The position numbers and the translations under genes are program-made. From NCBI RefSeq assembly GCF_001677475.2, contig NZ_CP015229.1: a stretch of 64,000 nucleotides of DNA. One strand, 5' to 3'. The stretch comes from Escherichia coli. Lineage in GTDB: Bacteria > Pseudomonadota > Gammaproteobacteria > Enterobacterales > Enterobacteriaceae. Below the pieces are notes generated by a model. That model saw only the letters and a program-made list of their open reading frames with translations. It did not search any database and was not told where the DNA came from. Shown here piece after piece: positions 1 through 10,944 of the stretch (its first letter is position 1; each line of letters begins with the position of its first letter).

Positions 1-515
1 AGCTGTTTGAGGACGCTACACTGATACCTTCCGGGTTGAAAGCGGCATTCCTGAAAGCGACAGATGAGCTGATCGCCGCCGTTACAGCACACTGGCGGGA
101 AGATTTCACCGTTCTGCGGCTACATGGAGACTGCCACGCCGGGAATATTCTCTGGCGCGATGGTCCAATGTTTGTTGATCTGGATGATGCACGTAATGGT
201 CCAGCTATTCAGGATTTGTGGATGTTGCTCAATGGCGATAAAGCCGAGCAGCGGATGCAACTGGAAACTATTATTGAAGCTTATGAAGAATTTAGCGAGT
301 TCGACACCGCTGAAATCGGACTGATTGAACCTTTACGCGCCATGCGTTTGGTTTATTATCTTGCCTGGCTAATGCGGCGTTGGGCTGATCCCGCGTTCCC
401 GAAAAATTTCCCGTGGTTAACCGGGGAAGATTACTGGCTGCGACAGACGGCGACTTTTATAGAACAGGCAAAAGTTATACAAGAACCCCCTTTGCAATTA
501 AGACCAATGTATTAA
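1..515 (+). CDS. srkA: Stress-response Ser/Thr kinase SrkA (YihE), C-terminal part; 5' end lies outside the window
   Basis: ORF 36..515 in frame to window start; kinase catalytic-loop-like HGDCHAGN; sits immediately upstream of dsbA as in E. coli. Confidence 0.8.
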   Translation, partial: LFEDATLIPSGLKAAFLKATDELIAAVTAHWREDFTVLRLHGDCHAGNILWRDGPMFVDLDDARNGPAIQDLWMLLNGDKAEQRMQLETIIEAYEEFSEFDTAEIGLIEPLRAMRLVYYLAWLMRRWADPAFPKNFPWLTGEDYWLRQTATFIEQAKVIQEPPLQLRPMY

Positions 516-531
516 TCGGAGAGAGTAGATC

Positions 532-1158
532 ATGAAAAAGATTTGGCTGGCGCTGGCTGGTTTAGTTTTAGCGTTTAGCGCATCGGCGGCGCAGTATGAA
601 GATGGTAAACAGTACACTACCCTGGAAAAACCGGTAGCTGGCGCGCCGCAAGTGCTGGAGTTTTTCTCTTTCTTCTGCCCGCACTGCTATCAGTTTGAAG
701 AAGTTCTGCATATTTCTGATAACGTGAAGAAAAAACTGCCGGAAGGCGTGAAGATGACTAAATACCACGTCAACTTCATGGGTGGTGACCTGGGCAAAGA
801 TCTGACTCAGGCATGGGCAGTGGCGATGGCACTGGGCGTGGAAGACAAAGTCACTGTTCCGCTGTTTGAAGGCGTACAGAAAACCCAGACCATTCGTTCA
901 GCATCTGATATCCGCGATGTATTTATCAACGCAGGTATTAAAGGTGAAGAGTACGACGCGGCGTGGAACAGCTTCGTGGTGAAATCTCTGGTCGCTCAGC
1001 AGGAAAAAGCCGCAGCTGACGTGCAATTGCGTGGTGTTCCGGCGATGTTTGTTAACGGTAAATATCAGCTGAATCCGCAGGGTATGGATACCAGCAATAT
1101 GGATGTTTTTGTTCAGCAGTATGCTGATACTGTGAAATATCTGTCCGAGAAAAAATAA
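532..1158 (+). CDS. dsbA: Periplasmic thiol:disulfide oxidoreductase DsbA
   Basis: 208 aa; signal peptide; CPHC active site; sequence matches remembered E. coli DsbA. Confidence 0.97.
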
Positions 1159-1178
1159 TTCAATGTAAATTACATAAA

Positions 1179-1206
1179 GCCCGTGAATATTCACGGGCTT
1201 TTTTTA
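1179..1206 (+). terminator. Rho-independent terminator after dsbA
   Basis: Hairpin gcccgtgaatattcacgggc followed by a T-run. Confidence 0.7.
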
Positions 1207-1312
1207 TTATTTAATAAATATAAATACATTCTGATAATGCATCCTGCCGCTGGACATTATTTCAGCATAAGTGGATATTCAAAGTTTTGCTGTTTTATCA
1301 GGGAATATTTAT

Positions 1313-2743
1313 ATGATACGTAAGTCAGCTACAGGTGTCATTGTTGCGTTAGCCGTTATCTGGGGTGGTGGCACATGGTACACAGGTACGCAAATTCAGC
1401 CAGGTGTCGAAAAGTTTATTAAAGATTTTAACGATGCTAAAAAGAAAGGTGAACATTCCTACGCGATGACATTAAGTTATAAAAATTTTGACAAAGGTTT
1501 TTTTAATTCCCATTTTCAGATGCAAATTATATTTGATAACGGTGCACCCGATCTCAATATCAAACCAGGCCAGAAAGTTGCATTTGATGTGGATGTTGAG
1601 CACGGTCCGTTACCCATCACAATGTTAATGCGTGGTAATGTCATCCCCGCACTGGTAGCGGCAAAAGTGAACTTAGTGAACAATGAACTGACACAACCGC
1701 TATTTATCGCCGCGAAAAATAAATCGCCCGTGGAAGCGACATTGCGATTCGCGTTTGGTGGCTCATTCTCTACGACATTAGATGTTGCCCCTGCAGAGTA
1801 TGGAAAGTTTTCTTTTGGTGAGGGCCAGTTTACTTTTAATGGTGATGGTAGTTCATTGTCTAACCTGGATATTGAAGGCAAAGTCGAAGATATTGTTCTG
1901 CAATTATCGCCATTGAACAAAGTAACGGCAAAAAGTTTTACCATTGATTCTCTGGCTCGATTAGAAGAAAAGAAATTTCCGGTTGGTGAAAGCGAGTCGA
2001 AATTTAATCAGATTAACATTATCAATCACGGGGAAGACGTTGCCCAAATCGATGCTTTCGTTGCAAAAACCAGGCTGGATCGCGTTAAAGACAAAGATTA
2101 TATCAATGTCAATCTGACCTACGAACTTGATAAGTTAACAAAAGGGAATCAGCAACTCGGTAGTGGTGAGTGGTCATTGATTGCTGAATCTATTGATCCC
2201 TCAGCGGTGCGCCAATTTATCATCCAGTATAACATTGCGATGCAGAAGCAGCTTGCTGCACACCCTGAGTTAGCAAACGATGAAGTTGCTCTGCAAGAAG
2301 TGAATGCTGCATTGTTCAAAGAGTATTTACCGTTATTACAAAAAAGTGAGCCGACCATTAAACAACCGGTAAGATGGAAGAATGCACTCGGCGAACTAAA
2401 TACCAATCTGGATATCAGTATTGCCGACCCAGCCAAATCCTCATCATCCACAAACAAAGATATTAAATCGCTTAATTTTGATGTGAAGTTACCGCTTAAT
2501 GTCGTCACAGAAACCGCAAAACAGCTTAATTTATCTGAAGGAATGGATGCGGAAAAAGCGCAAAAGCAGGCTGATAAACAAATCAGCGGGATGATGACAT
2601 TAGGTCAGATGTTTCAGTTAATCACGATTGACAACAATACCGCCTCGCTGCAGCTGCGTTATACACCGGGTAAAGTTGTTTTTAACGGACAGGAGATGAG
2701 CGAAGAAGAATTTATGTCTCGTGCCGGACGTTTTGTTCATTAA
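1313..2743 (+). CDS. yihF: DUF945-family protein YihF
   Basis: 476 aa from ATG at 1313 (MIRKSATGVIVALAV..., N-terminal membrane anchor); ORF track starts at 1271 but that start is less likely. Confidence 0.88.
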   Translation: MIRKSATGVIVALAVIWGGGTWYTGTQIQPGVEKFIKDFNDAKKKGEHSYAMTLSYKNFDKGFFNSHFQMQIIFDNGAPDLNIKPGQKVAFDVDVEHGPLPITMLMRGNVIPALVAAKVNLVNNELTQPLFIAAKNKSPVEATLRFAFGGSFSTTLDVAPAEYGKFSFGEGQFTFNGDGSSLSNLDIEGKVEDIVLQLSPLNKVTAKSFTIDSLARLEEKKFPVGESESKFNQINIINHGEDVAQIDAFVAKTRLDRVKDKDYINVNLTYELDKLTKGNQQLGSGEWSLIAESIDPSAVRQFIIQYNIAMQKQLAAHPELANDEVALQEVNAALFKEYLPLLQKSEPTIKQPVRWKNALGELNTNLDISIADPAKSSSSTNKDIKSLNFDVKLPLNVVTETAKQLNLSEGMDAEKAQKQADKQISGMMTLGQMFQLITIDNNTASLQLRYTPGKVVFNGQEMSEEEFMSRAGRFVH

Positions 2744-2750
2744 AATACTC

Positions 2751-2778
2751 ACTCGCCTCTGCTCATTCAGAGGCGAGT
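2751..2778. terminator. Hairpin between convergent yihF and yihG (likely bidirectional terminator)
   Basis: actcgcctctg / cagaggcgagt inverted repeat. Confidence 0.55.
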
Positions 2779-2783
2779 AAAAC

Positions 2784-3716
2784 TTACTTATTCTGACGCT
2801 GTGATGACATGAGAGACGTCAGAAGTCGGTCCTTTTCCTGCCACAGTGAGTTCAGCCATTGCTGAAAATGGCGCTTAAAGCTTTTGTCATTGATGTAATC
2901 GCCATGTAACTCATCGGCAATAGGCTGTAAATCCACATGTACGACAATCCGCGTCAGTTTACCGCTTAACATATCGAAGAACGGCTGACGGTTATTGTCC
3001 GGATAACACAGCGTAACATTAAGCAGTTTATCGAATTGTTTACCCAGTACATTTAGCGCCATCGCAATGCCTGCCGCCTTTGGTGGCAACAAGTTTTGAA
3101 AAGTGGAGTGGGTTTGCTGATGTTTTTCTTGCGTGAAACGGGAGCCTTCAACGAAATTGACAATGGTGGTGGGATGCAGGCGAAACTTTTCACAAGAACG
3201 CCGAGTGGTTTCAACATCTTTACCACGTCGCTCCGGATGACGTAATAAATAAGCGCGGGAATAACGCTTCATAAACGGCATATCCAGCGCCCAGCACGCC
3301 AGGCCAAGAAATGGCACCCAGGCCAGTTGTTGCTTGAGGAAATATTTATTCATCGGAATGTGCTTACGAAACAGCACGCACAGTACGACAATATCTGCCC
3401 AACTACGGTGGTTACAAATAAGCAGATACCAGTTTTTCTTACTTAACCCTTCCAGCCCGTGAACTTCCCATTGCAGGTGTGGGTTCAGATGCAGTAATAC
3501 CGCCAGACCTTCACACCAGCAATACATCATAAAATCACAAAACCGCGAAACCTTTCGCCAAATGACTGGCACAGGTAGCAATAGTTTTACAATCCCGGCA
3601 ATGATGATCGGGACGGAACAAAAAATAGTGACCAAAATGGTCAATACGATACTCAGCAAAAGGGTTATCGCAGCGAGTATTCTCGTCATAATGAATTTAT
3701 TCAAAAGGTTAGCCAT
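2784..3716 (-). CDS. yihG: PlsC-family acyltransferase YihG
   Basis: 310 aa from ATG at 3716 ([14 protein letters not shown]...); acyltransferase H-x4-D motif NHRSWAD; membrane segments. Confidence 0.9.
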   Translation of the reverse strand: MANLLNKFIMTRILAAITLLLSIVLTILVTIFCSVPIIIAGIVKLLLPVPVIWRKVSRFCDFMMYCWCEGLAVLLHLNPHLQWEVHGLEGLSKKNWYLLICNHRSWADIVVLCVLFRKHIPMNKYFLKQQLAWVPFLGLACWALDMPFMKRYSRAYLLRHPERRGKDVETTRRSCEKFRLHPTTIVNFVEGSRFTQEKHQQTHSTFQNLLPPKAAGIAMALNVLGKQFDKLLNVTLCYPDNNRQPFFDMLSGKLTRIVVHVDLQPIADELHGDYINDKSFKRHFQQWLNSLWQEKDRLLTSLMSSQRQNK

Positions 3717-3947
3717 AGACAGTACGCTAAAGAAGCGCAAGGCGCAGATTTTAGCAGAAAACGCCCCAAATAACGGATGATCCTTAAGGAGAAAAATAAT
3801 TCATATCTATCCACATTAGAAAAAATCCCATTATCTCAATTATTAGGGAAGGCTTTATTTTTAACTGCATGAAAAACAAAGACAAACATCATACTGTAAA
3901 AAGCATGATAATAAATTAAAAGCGATGTAAATAATTTATGCACAAAG

Positions 3948-3956
3948 TTATCCACA
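3948..3956 (+). promoter_or_regulatory. DnaA-box-like TTATCCACA in the polA upstream region
   Basis: Exact TTATCCACA 9-mer about 125 nt upstream of the polA start; a second near-match lies near 3806..3815. Confidence 0.4.
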
Positions 3957-4079
3957 TGACGATTTGCGAGCGATCCAGAAGATCTACAAAAGATTTTCAC
4001 GAAAAGCGGTGAAAAACTCATGTTTTCATCCTGTCTGTGGCATCCTTTACTCATAATCTGATAAACAGGCACGGACATT

Positions 4080-6866
4080 ATGGTTCAGATCCCCCAAAAT
4101 CCACTTATCCTTGTAGATGGTTCATCTTATCTTTATCGCGCATATCACGCGTTTCCCCCGCTGACTAACAGCGCAGGCGAGCCGACCGGTGCGATGTATG
4201 GTGTCCTCAACATGCTGCGCAGTCTGATCATGCAATATAAACCGACGCATGCAGCGGTGGTCTTTGACGCCAAGGGAAAAACCTTTCGTGATGAACTGTT
4301 TGAACATTACAAATCACATCGCCCGCCAATGCCGGACGATCTGCGAGCACAAATCGAACCTCTGCACGCGATGGTTAAAGCGATGGGACTGCCGCTGCTG
4401 GCGGTTTCTGGCGTAGAAGCGGACGACGTTATCGGTACTCTGGCGCGCGAAGCCGAAAAAGCCGGGCGTCCGGTGCTGATCAGCACTGGCGATAAAGATA
4501 TGGCGCAGCTGGTGACGCCAAATATTACGCTTATCAATACCATGACGAATACCATCCTCGGCCCGGAAGAGGTGGTGAATAAGTACGGCGTGCCGCCAGA
4601 ACTGATCATCGACTTCCTGGCGCTGATGGGTGACTCCTCTGATAACATTCCTGGCGTACCGGGTGTCGGTGAAAAAACCGCGCAGGCATTGCTGCAAGGT
4701 CTTGGCGGGCTGGATACGCTGTATGCCGAACCAGAAAAAATTGCTGGGTTGAGCTTCCGTGGCGCGAAAACAATGGCAGCGAAGCTCGAGCAAAACAAAG
4801 AAGTTGCTTATCTCTCATACCAGCTGGCGACGATTAAAACCGATGTTGAACTGGAGCTGACCTGTGAACAACTGGAAGTGCAGCAACCGGCAGCGGAAGA
4901 GTTGTTGGGGCTGTTCAAAAAATATGAGTTCAAACGCTGGACTGCTGATGTCGAAGCGGGCAAATGGTTACAGGCCAAAGGGGCAAAACCAGCCGCGAAG
5001 CCGCAGGAAACCAGTGTTGCAGACGAAGCACCAGAAGTGACGGCAACGGTGATTTCTTATGACAACTACGTCACCATCCTTGATGAAGAAACACTGAAAG
5101 CGTGGATTGCGAAGCTGGAAAAAACGCCGGTATTTGCATTTGATACTGAAACCGACAGCCTTGATAACATCTCTGCCAACCTGGTCGGGCTTTCTTTTGC
5201 TATCGAGCCAGGCGTAGCGGCATATATTCCGGTTGCTCATGATTATCTTGATGCGCCCGATCAAATCTCTCGCGAGCGTGCACTCGAGTTGCTAAAACCG
5301 CTGCTGGAAGATGAAAAGGCGCTGAAGGTCGGGCAAAACCTGAAATACGATCGCGGTATTCTGGCGAACTACGGCATTGAACTGCGTGGGATTGCGTTTG
5401 ATACCATGCTGGAGTCCTACATTCTCAATAGCGTTGCCGGGCGTCACGATATGGACAGCCTCGCGGAACGTTGGTTGAAGCACAAAACCATCACTTTTGA
5501 AGAGATTGCTGGTAAAGGCAAAAATCAACTGACCTTTAACCAGATTGCCCTCGAAGAGGCCGGACGTTACGCCGCCGAAGATGCTGATGTCACCTTGCAG
5601 TTGCATCTGAAAATGTGGCCGGACCTGCAAAAACACAAAGGGCCGTTGAACGTCTTCGAGAATATCGAAATGCCGCTGGTGCCGGTGCTTTCACGCATTG
5701 AACGTAACGGTGTGAAGATCGATCCGAAAGTTCTGCATAATCATTCTGAAGAGCTCACTCTGCGCCTGGCGGAGCTGGAAAAGAAAGCGCATGAAATTGC
5801 AGGTGAAGAATTTAACCTTTCTTCCACCAAGCAGTTACAAACCATTCTGTTTGAAAAACAGGGCATTAAACCGCTGAAGAAAACGCCGGGTGGCGCGCCG
5901 TCAACGTCGGAAGAGGTACTGGAAGAACTGGCGCTGGACTATCCGTTGCCAAAAGTGATTCTGGAGTATCGTGGTCTGGCGAAGCTGAAGTCGACTTACA
6001 CCGACAAGCTGCCGCTGATGATCAACCCGAAAACCGGGCGTGTGCATACCTCTTATCACCAGGCAGTAACTGCAACGGGACGTTTATCGTCAACCGATCC
6101 TAACCTGCAAAACATTCCGGTGCGTAACGAAGAAGGTCGTCGTATCCGCCAGGCGTTTATTGCGCCAGAGGATTATGTGATTGTCTCAGCGGACTACTCG
6201 CAGATTGAACTGCGCATTATGGCGCATCTCTCGCGTGACAAAGGCTTGCTGACCGCATTCGCGGAAGGAAAAGATATCCACCGAGCTACGGCGGCAGAAG
6301 TGTTTGGTTTGCCTCTGGAAACCGTCACCAGCGAGCAACGCCGTAGCGCGAAAGCGATCAACTTTGGTCTGATTTATGGCATGAGTGCTTTCGGTCTGGC
6401 GCGGCAATTGAACATTCCACGTAAAGAAGCGCAGAAGTACATGGACCTTTACTTCGAACGCTACCCTGGCGTGCTGGAGTATATGGAACGCACCCGTGCT
6501 CAGGCGAAAGAGCAGGGCTACGTTGAAACGCTGGACGGACGCCGTCTGTATCTGCCGGATATCAAATCCAGCAATGGTGCTCGTCGTGCAGCGGCTGAAC
6601 GTGCAGCTATTAACGCGCCAATGCAGGGAACCGCCGCCGACATTATCAAACGGGCGATGATTGCCGTTGATGCGTGGTTACAGGCTGAGCAACCGCGTGT
6701 GCGTATGATCATGCAGGTACACGATGAACTGGTATTTGAAGTTCATAAAGATGATGTCGATGCCGTCGCGAAGCAGATTCATCAACTGATGGAAAACTGT
6801 ACCCGTCTGGATGTGCCGTTGCTGGTGGAAGTGGGGAGTGGTGAAAACTGGGATCAGGCGCACTAA
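4080..6866 (+). CDS. polA: DNA polymerase I
   Basis: 928 aa; 5'-3' exonuclease, 3'-5' exonuclease and polymerase regions recognisable; matches E. coli PolA. Confidence 0.98.
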   Translation: MVQIPQNPLILVDGSSYLYRAYHAFPPLTNSAGEPTGAMYGVLNMLRSLIMQYKPTHAAVVFDAKGKTFRDELFEHYKSHRPPMPDDLRAQIEPLHAMVKAMGLPLLAVSGVEADDVIGTLAREAEKAGRPVLISTGDKDMAQLVTPNITLINTMTNTILGPEEVVNKYGVPPELIIDFLALMGDSSDNIPGVPGVGEKTAQALLQGLGGLDTLYAEPEKIAGLSFRGAKTMAAKLEQNKEVAYLSYQLATIKTDVELELTCEQLEVQQPAAEELLGLFKKYEFKRWTADVEAGKWLQAKGAKPAAKPQETSVADEAPEVTATVISYDNYVTILDEETLKAWIAKLEKTPVFAFDTETDSLDNISANLVGLSFAIEPGVAAYIPVAHDYLDAPDQISRERALELLKPLLEDEKALKVGQNLKYDRGILANYGIELRGIAFDTMLESYILNSVAGRHDMDSLAERWLKHKTITFEEIAGKGKNQLTFNQIALEEAGRYAAEDADVTLQLHLKMWPDLQKHKGPLNVFENIEMPLVPVLSRIERNGVKIDPKVLHNHSEELTLRLAELEKKAHEIAGEEFNLSSTKQLQTILFEKQGIKPLKKTPGGAPSTSEEVLEELALDYPLPKVILEYRGLAKLKSTYTDKLPLMINPKTGRVHTSYHQAVTATGRLSSTDPNLQNIPVRNEEGRRIRQAFIAPEDYVIVSADYSQIELRIMAHLSRDKGLLTAFAEGKDIHRATAAEVFGLPLETVTSEQRRSAKAINFGLIYGMSAFGLARQLNIPRKEAQKYMDLYFERYPGVLEYMERTRAQAKEQGYVETLDGRRLYLPDIKSSNGARRAAAERAAINAPMQGTAADIIKRAMIAVDAWLQAEQPRVRMIMQVHDELVFEVHKDDVDAVAKQIHQLMENCTRLDVPLLVEVGSGENWDQAH

Positions 6867-7013
6867 GATTCGCCTGAACATGCCCTTTTTTCGTAAGTAA
6901 GCAACATAAGCTGTCACGTTTTGTGATGGCTATTAGAAATTCCTATGCAACAACTGAAAAAAAATTACAAAAAGTGCTTTCTGAACTGAACAAAAAAGAG
7001 TAAAGTTAGTCGC

Positions 7014-7122
7014 GTAGGGTACAGAGGTAAGATGTTCTATCTTTCAGACCTTTTACTTCACGTAATCGGATTTGGCTGAATATTTTAGCCGCCCCAGTCA
7101 GTAATGACTGGGGCGTTTTTTA
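7014..7122 (+). ncRNA. spf: Spot 42 small RNA
   Basis: GTAGGGTACAGAGGTAAGATGTTCTATCTTTCAGACC...GCCCCAGTCAGTAATGACTGGGGCGTTTTTTA, ending in a terminator hairpin; position between polA and engB. Confidence 0.95.
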
Positions 7123-7147
7123 TTGGGCGAAAGAAAAGATCCGTAAT

Positions 7148-7229
7148 GCCTGATACGCCATGTTTATCAGGCCAACGGTAAAATCGTAATCTATTGAATT
7201 TACGGGCCGGATATGCCACATCCGGCACA
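7148..7229. repeat. REP-like palindromic units
   Basis: gcctgatacgcc...atcaggcc and ggccggatatgccacatccggca hairpins. Confidence 0.5.
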
Positions 7230-7247
7230 AGCATTAAGGCAAGAAAA

Positions 7248-7880
7248 TCATTCGCCGTCCTGCGTTTCTTCTACAGGCTGCATCTCGCTAAACCAGGTAT
7301 CCAGTTTCTGCCGCAGCTTGTCCACGCCTTGTTTCTTCAACGAAGAAAACGTTTCAACCTGCACATCACCGTTAAACGCCAGTACAGCTTCACGCACCAT
7401 ATTCAATTGCGCTTTACGTGCGCCGCTTGCCAGTTTGTCCGCTTTGGTCAGCAGCACCAGAACGGCGATATTGCTGTCTACCGCCCACTCAATCATCTGC
7501 TGATCCAAATCTTTCAGCGGATGGCGAATATCCATTAGCACCACCAGACCTTGCAGGCTCTGACGTTTTTCGAGGTATTCGCCGAGCGCGCGTTGCCATT
7601 TGCGCTTCATCTCTTCCGGGACTTCCGCGTAGCCATAGCCGGGCAGGTCAACCAGACGCTTGCCGTCAGCCACTTCAAACAGGTTGATAAGCTGGGTGCG
7701 CCCTGGGGTTTTTGAGGTACGAGCCAGGCTTTTCTGGTTAGTCAGCGTGTTCAGCGCGCTGGATTTACCTGCGTTGGAACGGCCTGCAAAAGCCACTTCA
7801 ATTCCGGTATCGGAAGGTAAGTGGCGAATATCAGGCGCACTCATCACAAAATGCGTCTGTTGATAATTCAAATTAGTCAA
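7248..7880 (-). CDS. engB: Ribosome-biogenesis GTPase EngB (YihA)
   Basis: 210 aa; P-loop GRSNAGKSS; matches E. coli YihA. Confidence 0.95.
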
Positions 7881-8150
7881 AGCGGTCGTCTCCGTCAGTC
7901 AAAGCTTTGCGGCGATTATACCTGAACCATAATAAAAGGCGGATTTTTCGGCGTGAGCGTTGTAAGTAAAAGCCATACGCTTTGTGAGACATTGCCGATA
8001 GTCTTTATGCGAAATAGCAGAGAAAATTCTGCGATGCATGTCAAATAAGCCATATAAATCAGTGAATTGCTTTTATATAAAACTCTGAAAATGTGCAAAT
8101 ACTGATGGCGGTTGATTGTTTGTTTAAAGCAAAGGCGTAAAGTAGCACCC

Positions 8151-8395
8151 ATAGAGCGAGGACGCTAACAGGAACAATGACTCAGGATGAGGGTCAGGAG
8201 CGCCAGGAGGCGAAGACAGAGGATTGTCAGGAAGACAAACGTCCGGAGACGTAATTAAACGGAAATGGAATCAACACGGATTGTTCCGGCTAATGGAAAA
8301 ACAGGGTGTGTTGGCGGCCTGCAAGGATTGTAAGACCCGTTAAGGGTTATGAGTCAGGAAAAAAGGCGACAGAGTAATCTGTCGCCTTTTTTCTT
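8151..8395 (+). ncRNA. csrC: CsrC small RNA (CsrA-sequestering)
   Basis: About 245 nt with many GGA-containing motifs (CAGGATGA, AGGAGCG, CAGGAGG, CAGGAAG, ACGGA...) ending in hairpin aaaaaaggcgacagagtaatctgtcgcctttttt; lies between engB and yihI. Confidence 0.9.
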
Positions 8396-8461
8396 TGCTT
8401 GCTTTCTGTTAGATTCCGCCGCAAATCTATACTGAATAAAACGGCTAAAAGACGAACCATT

Positions 8462-8971
8462 ATGAAACCATCATCTTCAAACTCACGCAGCAAAGGTCAT
8501 GCAAAAGCGCGTCGAAAAACACGCGAGGAGCTGGATCAGGAAGCTCGTGACCGTAAGCGTCAGAAAAAACGTCGTGGTCATGCGCCGGGCAGCCGCGCAG
8601 CGGGCGGAAACACCACGTCAGGCAGCAAAGGCCAGAACGCACCGAAAGATCCACGTATTGGCAGTAAAACCCCTATTCCATTGGGCGTGACTGAAAAAGT
8701 CACCAAACAGCACAAACCGAAGAGTGAGAAACCTATGCTTTCACCGCAGGCGGAGTTGGAATTACTGGAAACGGATGAGCGTCTGGATGCGCTGCTGGAA
8801 CGTCTGGAAGCAGGCGAAACCCTGAGCGCCGAAGAGCAATCCTGGGTGGATGCTAAACTGGATCGTATTGATGAGTTGATGCAGAAACTCGGCCTCTCTT
8901 ATGACGATGACGAAGAAGAGGAAGAAGACGAGAAGCAAGAAGACATGATGCGTCTGCTACGGGGCAACTAA
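8462..8971 (+). CDS. yihI: Der GTPase-activating protein YihI
   Basis: 169 aa from ATG at 8462 ([19 protein letters not shown]...); basic N-terminus and acidic C-terminus. Confidence 0.9.
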   Translation: MKPSSSNSRSKGHAKARRKTREELDQEARDRKRQKKRRGHAPGSRAAGGNTTSGSKGQNAPKDPRIGSKTPIPLGVTEKVTKQHKPKSEKPMLSPQAELELLETDERLDALLERLEAGETLSAEEQSWVDAKLDRIDELMQKLGLSYDDDEEEEEDEKQEDMMRLLRGN

Positions 8972-9159
8972 CGGATTGCCGCCGTGGGCCTTCCCGTTCT
9001 GCTGATAACCCTTCCGGTTATATGTTATCTGGTGTGGTTATTCGTTAAACTACAGCGGTTGTCGCGGCGACAAAAGTGGCTGCGCAACCGGCTGATGACC
9101 CGAAACGGGCATCCGCCGGTACGCCGTAGCCGCCAGAGACGCCATCGGAAGGAGTGAGC

Positions 9160-10533
9160 ATGTCTGTACAGCAAATCGACTGGGATCTGGCCCTGATCCA
9201 GAAATATAACTATTCCGGGCCACGATACACCTCGTACCCGACCGCGCTGGAGTTTTCAGAAGACTTCGGCGAACAGGCGTTTTTACAAGCCGTGGCGCGC
9301 TATCCTGAGCGTCCATTATCTCTCTACGTACATATTCCGTTCTGCCATAAGCTTTGTTACTTCTGCGGTTGCAATAAGATTGTTACTCGCCAGCAGCACA
9401 AGGCCGATCAGTATCTGGACGCGCTGGAGCAAGAAATCGTCCATCGTGCACCGCTGTTCGCCGGGCGTCACGTCAGCCAATTGCACTGGGGCGGCGGAAC
9501 GCCGACGTATCTGAATAAAGCGCAAATCAGCCGCCTGATGAAGCTGCTGCGTGAAAACTTCCAGTTCAATGCCGATGCGGAGATTTCGATCGAAGTCGAT
9601 CCGCGGGAAATCGAACTGGATGTACTCGATCATTTACGCGCCGAAGGCTTTAATCGCCTGAGCATGGGCGTGCAGGACTTCAACAAAGAAGTGCAACGTC
9701 TGGTTAACCGCGAGCAGGATGAAGAGTTCATCTTTGCACTGCTTAACCATGCGCGTGAGATTGGTTTTACCTCCACCAACATCGACCTGATTTACGGCCT
9801 GCCGAAACAGACGCCGGAGAGTTTCGCCTTTACCCTGAAACGTGTGGCGGAGCTGAACCCCGATCGTCTGAGTGTCTTTAACTATGCGCATCTGCCGACC
9901 ATTTTTGCTGCTCAGCGCAAAATCAAAGATGCTGACCTGCCGAGTCCGCAGCAAAAACTCGATATCCTGCAGGAAACCATCGCCTTCCTGACGCAATCGG
10001 GCTATCAGTTTATCGGTATGGATCACTTTGCCCGTCCTGATGACGAGCTGGCGGTGGCCCAGCGTGAAGGCGTGCTGCATCGTAACTTCCAGGGCTACAC
10101 CACTCAGGGCGATACCGATCTGCTGGGGATGGGCGTTTCCGCCATCAGCATGATTGGCGACTGCTACGCGCAGAACCAGAAAGAGTTGAAGCAGTACTAT
10201 CAGCAAGTGGATGAACAAGGCAATGCGCTGTGGCGTGGTATTGCGCTAACGCGTGATGACTGTATTCGCCGCGATGTGATTAAGTCGCTCATCTGCAACT
10301 TCCGTCTGGATTACGCCCCTATTGAGCAACAGTGGGATTTGCACTTCGCAGATTACTTTGCGGAAGATCTCAAGCTGCTCGCCCCGTTAGCAAAAGATGG
10401 GCTGGTGGATGTGGATGAGAAGGGAATACAGGTGACGGCGAAAGGTCGCTTGCTGATCCGCAACATTTGCATGTGCTTTGATACCTATCTGCGCCAGAAA
10501 GCGCGGATGCAGCAGTTCTCTCGGGTGATTTAA
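9160..10533 (+). CDS. hemN: Oxygen-independent coproporphyrinogen III oxidase (radical SAM)
   Basis: 457 aa from ATG at 9160 with RBS GGAAGGAG; radical-SAM Cys motif CHKLCYFCGC. Confidence 0.95.
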   Translation: MSVQQIDWDLALIQKYNYSGPRYTSYPTALEFSEDFGEQAFLQAVARYPERPLSLYVHIPFCHKLCYFCGCNKIVTRQQHKADQYLDALEQEIVHRAPLFAGRHVSQLHWGGGTPTYLNKAQISRLMKLLRENFQFNADAEISIEVDPREIELDVLDHLRAEGFNRLSMGVQDFNKEVQRLVNREQDEEFIFALLNHAREIGFTSTNIDLIYGLPKQTPESFAFTLKRVAELNPDRLSVFNYAHLPTIFAAQRKIKDADLPSPQQKLDILQETIAFLTQSGYQFIGMDHFARPDDELAVAQREGVLHRNFQGYTTQGDTDLLGMGVSAISMIGDCYAQNQKELKQYYQQVDEQGNALWRGIALTRDDCIRRDVIKSLICNFRLDYAPIEQQWDLHFADYFAEDLKLLAPLAKDGLVDVDEKGIQVTAKGRLLIRNICMCFDTYLRQKARMQQFSRVI

Positions 10534-10600
10534 ATAGTGAATGGCGCTTCGTTTACAAAGTAGAAAACGAAAGCGCCATCAATGTGCTGAGAACAAGATT

Positions 10601-10690
10601 GCCTGATGCGCTACGCTTATCAGGCCTACAAAACCTGTTGAAAATATTGCTTTTGTAGGCCGGATAAGGCGTTCACGCCGCATCCGGCAT
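10601..10690. repeat. REP pair (BIME) downstream of hemN
   Basis: gcctgatgcgctacgcttatcaggcctac and gtaggccggataaggcgttcacgccgcatccggcat. Confidence 0.75.
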
Positions 10691-10722
10691 GAACAAAGAG
10701 CACTTCATCAGCAATCTGAAAC

Positions 10723-10833
10723 TCAACTAAACAGCCCAATCATCGCGGCACACAGCACGGCAGCAACGGCAGTTTGCGGTGTGTGGCTGTCAACTGCGCC
10801 ACTCGATACCAGATTAATTATTGATTCCAGCAT
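10723..10833 (-). CDS. yshB: Small membrane protein YshB (36 aa)
   Basis: My own minus-strand translation gives MLESIINLVSSGAVDSHTPQTAVAAVLCAAMIGLFS; too short for the ORF track. Confidence 0.6.
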   Translation of the reverse strand: MLESIINLVSSGAVDSHTPQTAVAAVLCAAMIGLFS

Positions 10834-10944
10834 AATGACTCTCCCCGTTTTCCGGGCAAGATCATACTGAACTTATCGGAACAGTAAAGCGCAAAATACC
10901 AGCAATTTGCGCTCAATAATCAATCTTTACACACAAGCCGTGAA

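Noticed and set aside
4307-4798. 163-aa and 159-aa ORFs antisense to polA
   Set aside because: Fully embedded in and antisense to a well-supported conserved gene; low-complexity Ala/Ser/Arg-rich translation typical of spurious reverse-strand ORFs.
8399-8461. Longer 190-aa version of yihI starting at TTG 8399
   Set aside because: Would begin inside the CsrC terminator; the ATG at 8462 gives the expected 169-aa protein.
10542-10580. Imperfect hairpin just after the hemN stop as a terminator
   Set aside because: Stem is imperfect and not followed by a T-run; the adjacent REP/BIME is the more likely 3' structure.
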